Shown here one piece after another: positions 11,770-21,890 of a stretch of 64,000 nucleotides of DNA. Positions within the stretch are counted from its first letter, which is position 1. Each line of letters begins with the position of its first letter. A program made the translations under genes and the position numbers. Where the stretch lies: assembly GCA_965603825.1 (NCBI GenBank), contig CBFDEM010000023.1, forward strand, positions 186,001 to 250,000, read 5' to 3'. The notes under the pieces are model-generated. The model saw only the letters and a program-made list of their open reading frames with translations, was not told the DNA's origin and ran no database searches. This DNA comes from Blepharisma stoltei ATCC 30299. Lineage: Eukaryota > Protista > Ciliophora.

Positions 11770-14028
11770 TTAATTACTCAGTTGAAAAGGAATTGATTTG
11801 AAGTCTGTCGTAACTTTTTGGTAATTTGGAGGGTCCTCAAACTTTAGGTTTTTGAGGCTCCTTCATTTATCTACATCAGAAAATTTTCCGTACAGTTTTT
11901 CGTCGACTTGAACCTTACTTCACATAAGGCCTTTTATCACAATAATTGGGATATCTGGGATCAGGACATTCAGGACTATTTTCAGGATAACTAAGCTGTG
12001 CTCAAGAATAAGGAATATCAACCATTTATTTTTGGTATCCTCAATTTCGAAAGCATCAGTGGTAAATATTATTATTGCAATATTTGTCCCTGCCCCAATA
12101 AAAGAAATCGCCTGAATAATCTGAAGCCAAATTCCAATAGAATGTAACCTCTGGGGGTATGGCCTTTGAGTTAGCGTGCACAACTTCCAAGCATCAACTT
12201 TAATTTCTATAAAAATTAAAAAGAAAAGCAAAGCCAAAGAAAATGGAAAACTGGCTCCAAAAAGAATGACATACCCATATGTCATAATAATTTCCATATA
12301 ATCCTACATAAATTTTACAGATAAGGGAGAGTCATATTTAGATAATTTTGCTTGGAATTCGGCTGGAGTTAATTTGATTCTATAGTTAGGATCTTTTTCT
12401 CTGAGTTTTTTGACCCTTTTCTCTTCAGACCAAATTTTGTACTTAGTAGTTAGCAATGGTAAATAAATTTCTACTAGGTTTAAGCAGAAATTTGTAATGA
12501 AAATTGATTCAAACTGCCTTTTAAGTTCATAAATACAATCTTCATCAACGCACCCCTCAAAGTTTCCTTTGCAGAAAGCAATATAAAATAAGCTAGAGTA
12601 ACAGTTGACAAACTGAAACAAGAAAAGTTTAAGAGTGAGCATATCATTATAATCATTATAAGTTTCATAGTTTTCCCAATCATTAAGTTGCTTTGCGACT
12701 CTTGAGTAAATGAAGTTAAAAATTTTGATTTCGATTGCATTTCCTACTCCTACAGCTGTAACTTTCCACGATCTCTGATCTAAGGTAGATCTATAAGCAA
12801 ACAAAATAATCACACAGAACAAGTCAAGTGCGATGAAAAGTGCTAAGACAGAAAACCCAATCGCTTTCCTTGTGGTCCAATGACTAGCTGGTACGACTTT
12901 TTTCATTCTTCCAGTAATTTTATCTATTTTGAACTCTCCTCGAAATCGTGGCCTCTGCTCGTTAAAGACTTCAATTCCTGTAGTACCCCAGCGCCAAGCC
13001 AACTTTGATTGCTCTCGGAGCCAGAATTGCTCGTAAAGAGTAGATAAAATAGGCAGCATAAAAGCAAGAATCACAATTGTTACTTCTCCACCTGAAAGTG
13101 AGTCGTCCTCGTCATCTTCATCGTTAAAAGCATAAAACATGATTCCTAAAATAATGCTAATAATAGCAAAAGGAGCCAAAAACGCAGTCAAAAACTCAAT
13201 TCATGCCAAATACATAGCGATTTTTTCACCAAAATAATCCCTCAGCATGTCAATATTTTGGAGCTTAAAAGGATTTTTGTTGAGTGCCCAGTCTTGTATG
13301 AGATAATCTAATTGTTTTTTCCTATGCAATACTAACACATGAGTTAGTAGTCCTTCTGTTTGAAGGTTAGCCAGATCTATGCTGCTCTTGATAATTGACC
13401 AGACAATTCTTTCTCTGTCTTTGTATTGGAATAGCGTACCTTCACTGTCAGAAGTCTCCATTTCCATGCCATCATACCTCTTATATAGTTTTAGTGAGCT
13501 TTCCGTCTTTTTAAAAGGGCCATATGGTGAGACCTGCTCGAAGTCCTGCAAATCCATTGTCTGCTTCTTAAACTGAAGAGGGTACTCAATGAGTTCTGCC
13601 TGCGCCATCAGGTTAGTTTCGCTACATGTGACTCTGCAAAATATTTCGTCACAGTCTCTCGAATAAAAGAGCTGAATTTCTAGCTTCAAGTGGTCTTGTA
13701 AAACCTTAAAAACATTTTCGATTATGGATGAGCCTATATCCCTGAGATTTACTCAGCCGTCTTTAGCGCATCCTTCTATTAGGGGGTCGATTTCTTTTTC
13801 AATCTGCTTTAATAGAGGGACTTCAGTCTCTTTGTTGTGAAGTTTGAAAATGACTCGGTAAAATTGTTTGGCTTCTTTCTCTTTCATCCAAGAATTGAGC
13901 TGGCACAGCAGGCCTTTGTCAGGATCGGTGTAGGGGTTCTTGAAAATTAAAACTAAATCTGCAGGGTCGTCTTCTTGTGATTTGTCCTCGACTTCTTCTA
14001 TAAATTGCTTCTCTTCTTCAGCGGACAT
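11770..14028 (-). CDS. Anoctamin / TMEM16 family channel-scramblase, copy 1 (15-nt intron 12304-12318; TGA=Trp)
   Basis: Motifs RDYFGEKIAMYLAW, LNDWENY...KLFLFQFVNCYSSLFYIAF, DYMEIIMTYGYVILF and EIKVDAWK; frame is open to TAA 11772-11770. Confidence 0.9.
12304..12318 (-). other. 15-nt intron GTAAAATTTATGTAG
   Basis: Removal joins SPLS to DYMEI (anoctamin xYxE motif); identical in the paralog. Confidence 0.9.
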
Positions 14029-14109
14029 TTTAGCAATATTAATAACGCATAAATATTGACAAAAATAAGCTTTTAAAGTGAACTAGACGGTTTTTCATTA
14101 AATTTTTAT

Positions 14110-14553
14110 TAGAAATAAGATAATTTACATTATCTGTGGTCCCTCAGATTCTTTATACAATAGTAAGCTTATTCGGTCATTTTTCGTTACATAGCTACTG
14201 AAATTCACCCTGGAGCAGTTCCTTTAGCTATGATTCTGCTTCTTTACATCAAGCTCAATTTTTCTTCTGGATTAGTCGCAGTTATCCGTTATACCAGTCT
14301 ATATTTTTAGGGAATTATACCCTATAATATTTCGGTCCAGGCCACTTAAAATTTGTTGAACTTGTCCAGTTCATTGGGTGGGGACTTCAGTTTTTCAGGC
14401 ACGCATTAAAGATAAAAGACCAGCGTTGGTAGACAACATTTTACTTACTTTGGCGGCTCCATTGTTTGTTACAATTGAAGTAATGCTTTTCTTTGGGTAA
14501 AAGCCTGAGCTTCAGAGATTATGTGAATCTAACCTCCAGAAAAAAGCTAAATA
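14110..14553 (+). pseudogene. Mpo1-like (DUF962/YGL010w) membrane protein pseudogene
   Basis: Fragments NKIIYIICGP, FIGWGLQFFRH and RPALVDNILLTLAAPLFVTIEVMLFFG*KPEL, with frameshifts and an in-frame TAA. Confidence 0.7.
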
Positions 14554-14879
14554 ATAAAACTAAACTAAAATCACATATAGAATTTTTTATTTTATTTCTG
14601 ATGCTATCTAATTGAGAATTCTGTAGCTCATATTTTAATATAAAACTCTTTAATACAAGTAAATTTATTGAAATCGTTCCATAGCAGCCCAAGAATTCTA
14701 TTTTGTATACTTTTTATTTTTATTGATTTTACCTATAATATATGTTAAAAATTAAAGCAAATAAATAAATCAAACTAAGAAAAAGAAGTTGACGATCCTT
14801 CCATCTTAATCGTTAGCAAAATTGTTTTGCTAATTAAGCAATTATAATAAGCTTAAAAGATTTAAGAATACTTATTGAC

Positions 14880-15515
14880 TTAAAGACCTGAACTATCAGT
14901 CATTTGATTTATAGATCCAGGCGCAGCTTGAGAATTATTTGAGGCCCTGTAATAATTTTGAGTATTAATAAGTGGTTGTCCGATCTGTTCTGATGTGCTT
15001 GAGATTGAGAATAGTGGAAATCCCATAGCAGAAGCAGAACGATTTTGAGTATCTTGAAATAAATCGCGCTCCAACAATGCTGCTGATCTAAAAGGTTCTT
15101 TTGATGCCATTACCCCTATAAAAGCTATAAAAGCACAAAATCCATAGTATATGACTTTGAGAGAATAATTCAATCTATAGCCACTCAGATATGAGTAGTA
15201 ATACCACAAAACCACAAAGTATGTTAATAATCTGAAAATAGAAAAAACTAATAAGTAAAAGTTTAATGCAATAAGGCCTTTCATATAGCTAGGATTAGTA
15301 GTTTTATATAGGAGCAATCCAGCTACTCCTACTGCTAGAATAGAAAAAGACCACAGAAGAGATCATAATAGGCTTGGTCCTTGATTTTCTATTGAAGAGA
15401 AAAAAAAGGATGATGAGATAGCAAATAAAGCTAAAATTATACAAGAGTTTATTTTCAAGGTTCGCCTGTAATCTTTGAGAATTAAGCGATCAAGTTGAGT
15501 CAAAATAGCATTCAT
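14880..15515 (-). CDS. 4-TM family membrane protein, divergent member (211 aa, TGA=Trp)
   Basis: ATG 15515 is in frame with the ORF-track fragment; four hydrophobic segments and a polar tail. Confidence 0.7.
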
Positions 15516-16260
15516 CTTTTTATTTATAAGCATTGGAAATTAATGAATCAAAAATATTTGAAATATTGACAATTTATTAATCAAAAATTTTTAATTCTCT
15601 AAAAATATTTCTAAAAATCAATATCTAATTTATTTGAAAGCTTATCTTAACTTTATGTTTGCAAAAAGCACCATTGCTTTGTGATGGCTTAACTTAGCTT
15701 GGGTATAAGACTTAAAAGGGAGCTTCACGAGCTGAGTCAACTAATACAAGTTGGATAATAAACTTAAGAGTTAATAAATAAATTCAATTAAAGGATGATT
15801 TAATAAACGATTAACTGCCATGCAAATAAAATATAGAAAGGCTAGGCAACTCTAAAATACTAGATAACTTTCTCCCATTTTTATATTGGATTAATGCATT
15901 TTAGTATTTTTATGCTTTTGCATTTAAATAAGGTTTTTATCAGCACTTAGATTTTTAAGTAGCAGCATAATGACACCATTTAATTTTATTTGCCTAATAA
16001 ACCACTCTTTTTATATAATTAAAGTATCTCCTATCTATCTTATAGAGTCATTCTTTAAGTGCTTAAACTGATACCAGAACATGCGAAATCTCTTAAAAAA
16101 ATCAAATATACAATTCATAAATTAACTTATTTACGATAGCACATTATTTCTTTTCACATCTTAATTCTACTACTTACTATAAAAAATTTTTTTAATTGTC
16201 ATATTTTCTTAAAGATAAAAAACAATTCAAAAAAACTACTTAATACGTAAGATTTGGAGT

Positions 16261-16815
16261 TTAAGTTCAAGTATTTAGAGGATAATCATTAGCTTGTGAA
16301 TAGCCAACACCATCTATTTGTTGCTGATATCTTCCTAATACGTTTGTCATGGCTTTTGAAGCTTTAAAACCTCTCCATCCCATTCAAGCAGCAATTAAAA
16401 AATAAGCTACCCCGACCCCAGCTATTATTATGAGCACAAATGTAATTGCTCTTCCTAGGCCTGTGTCATCATCATTGCTTCCAGAGCCGTTCGCAGAATA
16501 AGAAATCATAATTATGAATTCAATGACAAAAAACCCTGCATTAAGTAAGCAGTAAATCAAAAAGCAAATGAATACTATGGCTAGAGCTCTCAGCCGACAA
16601 GGATTGTTTGTATTTGATAGAAGTCCTGAGATTCCTGCTATTGCAAAAGGGCAGCAATATAGTAGTGACCATAGGGCAACTTCCAAGATGAAATCCGAAT
16701 TTATGAATATTGATAAAAGTAGGATAGGGAAGACTCATAGGCCTAGAAGTATAACAGAACTTATCTGAAGTCTCTTTTTATCACTAGTATTTGAAGGACC
16801 ACCGTTGTTAATCAT
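16261..16815 (-). CDS. 4-TM family membrane protein (184 aa, three TGA=Trp)
   Basis: ATG 16815 (MINNGGPSNTSDKKRLQISSVILLGLWVFP) open to TAA 16263-16261; same layout as 1432-2295. Confidence 0.75.
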
Positions 16816-17869
16816 ATTTTTATTATAAGCTATTATTCGCCATATCTCTTAAATATTTTACAATAGTTTCATACAGCTTAAAAAAATTGTTTAAGGTTAG
16901 GCTTTTGAGTAATTTATGGTGATTAAAAAGAAAAATATGGATATTTTATTTCCCCTAAGAGTAATGAAATTAAAATCCATATTGTTAGCAGTTTTGCCAA
17001 TTATGCTTCATAAATGTCAATTTTATACTGAAAATTAAGAAGAATAGCTTGAATCTTTTATGTAGTGTCAAAATTACTATATTTAAAGAATTTATCGATC
17101 ATTGTAGAGCCGCCTATTTCATAATTTCCCGTTTTCATATTTTACCTTAAGTTAATCAAAAAATACATAAACCTTAACTTTTATACACCAAAAAACTACG
17201 AGAAGGAAGCGCCACTTCTCACTGACCATTTGAAGTATATATTTTGAATTATCAATTAATAAATTTTAATAAAGGTCATTTAATCTAACTAACTAGATAG
17301 TTAAAAAACATTAAAATTGATTTTAAATATATAATGTATTTGAAATAAAAAATTCCACTGCATGAATGAAGAATAAATTTGCTTGGCTTAATAGTAAGTT
17401 TCTCATTTTTAAACCGCCTTCTATTGCTCATGTATAAGCAAAAATAGCTATTGAACTTTTCCAGGTATCAATTTATCTCAGACGCCTGATAAATTTAGCT
17501 TTACTTGTGCCTCAATCCAATTGGGAACTATTGGTGATTCGTTTGCTGCTGTAAAAAAGTTAAAAAATTTAGATAGAAAGCGTCAAATAAAAATAGTTGC
17601 TATTGATTATCTGACCTTATATATCTATGGCTTATTCTGAGCTCAGTTATCTGTGAGTGAGGGGTTCATTATGGTCCAAGAAAGAAAAATTATAATTTTA
17701 GTGCATGACATTATAGACTTTTGTAATCCTAAAAGCATTGCAGGGTATCTTATATAGCTGACTCTTTAAGTGATAATTGATGAGATAATATGAGACTTTT
17801 GTAATCAAATAATTTTATATTTTATTTCTTTCTTATCTTTTAGAAAAAATTAATTAATACAAATCTCAA

Positions 17870-19554
17870 AAATGATTAGCTATTGGCCGAAATTCTAACA
17901 TAGATTTTTTGTTCAAATCGAACTTATAGTAAGTCAGCATTATATGAAGTTCTTCTTGCTGCATAAAAAAATCATTCCAACTCGTTATTTTTAAATTTTA
18001 ACTTATAACTTTTTTATGTTAGAAAATCCTTTGTTGAAAATAAATAAAAACATTCAAGCTCTCATTGTAGAAGAAATAATTATATAAATTTCTCCTTTAT
18101 TATAAGAAGCATACATTTGATCTGTATATTCAATAATTGAATTTGCTATTTTATTTCAAGCATACTCATTTCCAACTTCGCTCTCATATATATGACCCTT
18201 TCTGTCCTCAATCAAATACAGCCTATCTGCATTTATAATGATCTTTGTTTTACACTCTGAAAAATCATAAGGAATTATAGAAAAAGAATCCAAGTCAACT
18301 GAGTATAACAAAATATTTTTATTTACATGCCCAGAAATTAGAATATTTTCATTAAATATAGCACTATGACAAATCGCATCAGCTTTTGGCATTGGAGCTA
18401 TATTAAATCATAGGTTTTTATCTAAATCAAATCTCATAGATATAGGAAAAGCAACATTTTTTTCACCATATCCTCCAAAGCAGTAGACATTCTTATTGAA
18501 ATAGATATAATTTTTTAGCATATACATAAAATGGCTGCTGGAGAACCGTCCTCCTAATGGTAGGTGTCTTGATATATATCTGAATCTGATTTTCGGTGAA
18601 AGAGCTCCTTATTGGTGAGTTAGCTTCGATTAAAAGGGCCAGGATTATTTTATCTGATTTTTAAATGGCTCAAGTAGCGGTGTTTGGACTTTACCCTCCA
18701 GCATATAGCTAAGATTTCATCTGAGAGAGGGAGGGCGAATTACCTGTCTAAGCTCATGATGGTCTGCTCCTAATGGTGTAAGCTATTGAGCTTATTTTTG
18801 GAGCTAATCTTGGAATAAAAGGGGAAATAGGCTCAAAAAGTCTTAAGGACGCAAATCTCTTCAGTTGAAAGGCTCTGAAGATACAGGTGATTTTAGCTGA
18901 ATAGTTTCTGAAATGAAGTATTTTCTTTGTTTATCGCTTCAATTAAGCTTAATAGCCTATAGCTGATGTGCCTTTAAATGCTTGTCTAAATGGTAGCTTT
19001 TTAATATTAAAATTTTTATCAACTATCAAGGCCTTCCTATTGCATGATTCCTCATAAATATACCGAAAAGAAAAAGGCTGACCAAAACCAAAGCAGAACA
19101 ACTCACCATCTGGGAGTGGAGCTATGCATGTTGCATCATCTCACATTTCTGGAGTAATCAGCTTTTTTTTCTTCTTCTCTTTCATTTACAGTGTCATAAA
19201 TAACTAAATGACCTTCCCCAAAATCATCTTGAAAAATAAGATAAAGAGATGTGGCATGATGATAATTGCTAATATACTCCTTATACTCCTGGCTTGATGA
19301 TAGATCAGAATCAGAGCTTCTAGCATTATAAAACGAGCAAGTTCTCCTAAAATCTTGCTCTGAATCAGGGCTATTTGCAATCTTCATAAGAGGAGATCAA
19401 TTCCTTTTTAAATCTTGAAGGATCAATTCATTTTTTTGTCCTCTGTTGAAATCGCTCTTGTTATATCTTCAATTATACATTTTGGTTCTTGAATTTTACT
19501 TTTGAGTTCAATTTTCACTCTTCCGAGGTCTTTAGTCTCTTCAGTATTCGCCAT
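17870..19554 (-). pseudogene. Kelch-like family gene interrupted by a 454-bp TA-bounded insert and two frameshifts
   Basis: Motifs SEQDFRRTCSFY, CIAPLPDGELFCFG, SAI|YFNKNVYCFGG, PMPKAD, YNKGEIYI and YYKFDLNKK are collinear with the paralogs; frameshifts near 19470 and at the T-run ~19165; 3' end approximate. Confidence 0.75.
18506..18961. mobile_element. IES-like TA-bounded insertion, 454 bp
   Basis: TA (ATA) direct repeats at 18506-07 and 18960-61; ends TATAATTTTT and (reverse complement) TATAGGCTAT; excision leaving one TA rebuilds TCA GCT ATC TAT TTC AAT (SAIYFN). Confidence 0.75.
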
Positions 19555-19767
19555 TTAAGATTATATCTTATAAATCATAAAAAAATTATATCTCTACGAC
19601 CTCAAAGAAAATCGAGAAGATAATTAAAATAATGACTTTAACAGATAGATTAGTTGGCAACAATGAAAGTACTAAAAGTTAAAGTGTGAAAATTGTAAAA
19701 TTTAGCTAAACTCAAATGGTTTATTCTCAACTAAAACCATTGCAAAATCTTATATAAATAAGATAAA

Positions 19768-21199
19768 ATGGAGGTTTCAGGATTCAATTCTAATCAATTA
19801 TTAACTCCATCAAATCTAAGAGCTAAGATATCCACAATTTTCAACTCCACTAATTGTCCAGAATTGGAGCAAGATTTTAGAAAAACTTGCGTATTGTTCG
19901 AGAGTCAAAATTATGCCTCTAATTCACAACTAAGTCAAGCTTATCAAGATTATATCAATGCGTACCATAAAGTGACCTCTCTTTATATTATTAATAAAAA
20001 TGATAAAAGCAGTCTTAATTTGATTGTTTATGATACTGAAAATGATACAGAAGAAGTGAAAGAGTTAGAGACTCCTCAAACATATAGTATTGGAATTTGC
20101 ATTGCTCAACTTCCAAATTGTGAGCTATTTTGCTTTGGTAAAGGTCTAGGCAATGGGAATACCTTTATAATTGATAAGAATTTTGGAGTTCGTATGCTGC
20201 CATCTGGAGAAAATATTAATTAATATTTTATTTAGTAGAAGAGAATAAATTTAAATTTGCTCACAAATTAAGCAAAACCAATCTGCAGCACCTTCTCTCC
20301 AATCCTCAGCTATCTACTACCAAAAAAATATCTATTGTTTTGGAGGATCATTTGGTCCAAATCTTTTAGCTCTTTCAGAGAGATTTGACTTAGATGAAAA
20401 TCGATGAATTAAGCTGACCCCAATGCCGAAAGCTGATTTCAAATGTCATAGTGTAGTATTTAATGGAAATATTTTAATATCTGGATGAACAAAAAAAACT
20501 ATTTTGCTATACTCAGTCGATCTTAATTCTTTTTCTAAAATTCCTTATGGCTTTGGAAAGTTTAAAAGAAAGATATTAATAAACATAGGGAGATTGTATT
20601 TGATCGAGTGTGATGGGTTTGTGTATGAAAGTGAAGTTGGAGATGAGTATAATTGAAAACAGATAGCAAATTCAATCATTAAATTTGAGCATTGGCAAGT
20701 TCATTGCTCATATAATAAGGGAGGAATTTATAGCATGATATGATTAAATTTTAAATTTTGAAAGAAAATGCATGATTTTGTAAAAAGTCCTTTGAGTTTT
20801 AATTTTCAAAGAGAAAATACTAATTAAAGATGGCAATATATTGGCATGATAAAATGCTGCTATTTTGTAAGAATTTCTATTAAGCTAAAATATATAAAAT
20901 ATACTTAAAATGTTAAAGGCTAGTCAGTTATTACGATTTATAGAAAATTTCTATGTAATTTCTAAAGGACTACATCCATCCATAAAGCCATCACACTTGC
21001 CTACCAGTTCGCATTTAAAAAAAGCTATTCATTTCATAAGAGTAAAATTTTGCTATGATCGATTTGAAAGCTCTGGTGCTTGTCAACTCCAAGATAGATA
21101 AGTGCGATGCTATAAGCAAAAATAGACTTTATTACAGCGAATCTGACCAATAGGTATTACAAGTTTGATTTAGGTCGTGGATTAATGGTTAAACTTTAA
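19768..21199 (+). CDS. Kelch-like family gene interrupted by two inserts (79 bp and ~380-384 bp); gives a 322-aa ORF after their removal
   Basis: LPSG|APSLQSSAIYYQKNIYCFGG, RFDLDENRWIKLTPMPKAD, YNKGGIY|...YYKFDLGRGLMVKL*. Confidence 0.7.
20202..20288. mobile_element. 79-bp AT-rich insertion bounded by the imperfect direct repeat ATCTG(G/C)AG
   Basis: Repeats at 20202-20209 and 20281-20288; removal gives the 8-residue LP-to-SAIY spacing seen in both paralogs. Confidence 0.65.
20729..21124. mobile_element. IES-like insertion of 380-384 bp, TA-bounded
   Basis: Non-coding block between YNKGGIY and YYKFDL; inverted ends TATAGCAT (20729-36) / ATGCTATA (21107-14); alternative ATA-ATA junction 20738/21122 restores the full frame. 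Confidence 0.6.
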
Positions 21200-21890
21200 T
21201 AAAAATGAATTTTTAATATTCTATACATGGGGGCATTTCTTTATCCAATTTTTCGATTGCTGCTTAAACAACTTTCCATAGTTTCATATATTCATTTTTC
21301 TAATTTCGTTAATTTCATGTCGAAAATTATTGTAAGCTACTGTTATATCATTCATATATTAAAACTATTCTTTCCAAAACTCCTTTGATAGTTTCTTAAA
21401 CTAGAATTGTGATGGTTTCATATAATATTGTTAGGCCTGCAGCTTAGATCCTAAAAAATAAATTTTATTCCAAAGAAAATACATATCCTGTGATTGATCA
21501 ATTGAAAATTTTCCTTCTTTACTTGCAACTCCGATTTCATAAACTATTGAATTGTAAATATCTCCGGTTAATACTTTTAAGTGATATAAAAATGAATTTT
21601 TACCAACATGAACTATAAGCTAAATCTATCAAATTTATTTTAGCCTTTGGCAAATATTTTTTCATGAGAGCAAAATTAATAATATTGATGTGTTTAATAT
21701 TAACTGAGATAAATCTCAAGAATTGAGTCGATAAATAATGCAAACTGAAACGATTTTCGCCTAATGTGATTATCATAACACTATATATTCTATACATTGC
21801 TATATAATTATAATTAATCGTATCAAAAGTAAGTGATTAAATTTTAATCAAGCCATCTGCTTAATATCTATCTAAGCCTAATGTATAAAA

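Larger units (their letters stand above)
11475..14069. repeat. Segmental duplication (direct copy of ~35995-38598) carrying an anoctamin gene and the 3' end of the amidohydrolase-like gene
   Basis: Collinear nucleotide similarity across CDS, intron and flanks. Confidence 0.95.

Noticed and set aside
11863-11865. TGA aligned with TGC (Cys) in the paralog, suggesting UGA=Cys or Sec
   Set aside because: It is a single variable site; all conserved-position TGAs align with Trp
17939-18085. Possible 140-bp IES between ATTATAT direct repeats in the Kelch pseudogene tail
   Set aside because: Excision is in frame (IYIMLTYYKFDL) but gives a shorter linker than the paralog. Such AT repeats arise by chance and the boundaries cannot be fixed
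21230-21600. Minus-strand fragment LTGDIYNSIVYEIGVASKEGKFSIDQ resembling the receptor stalk region
   Set aside because: Too short and degenerate to support homology
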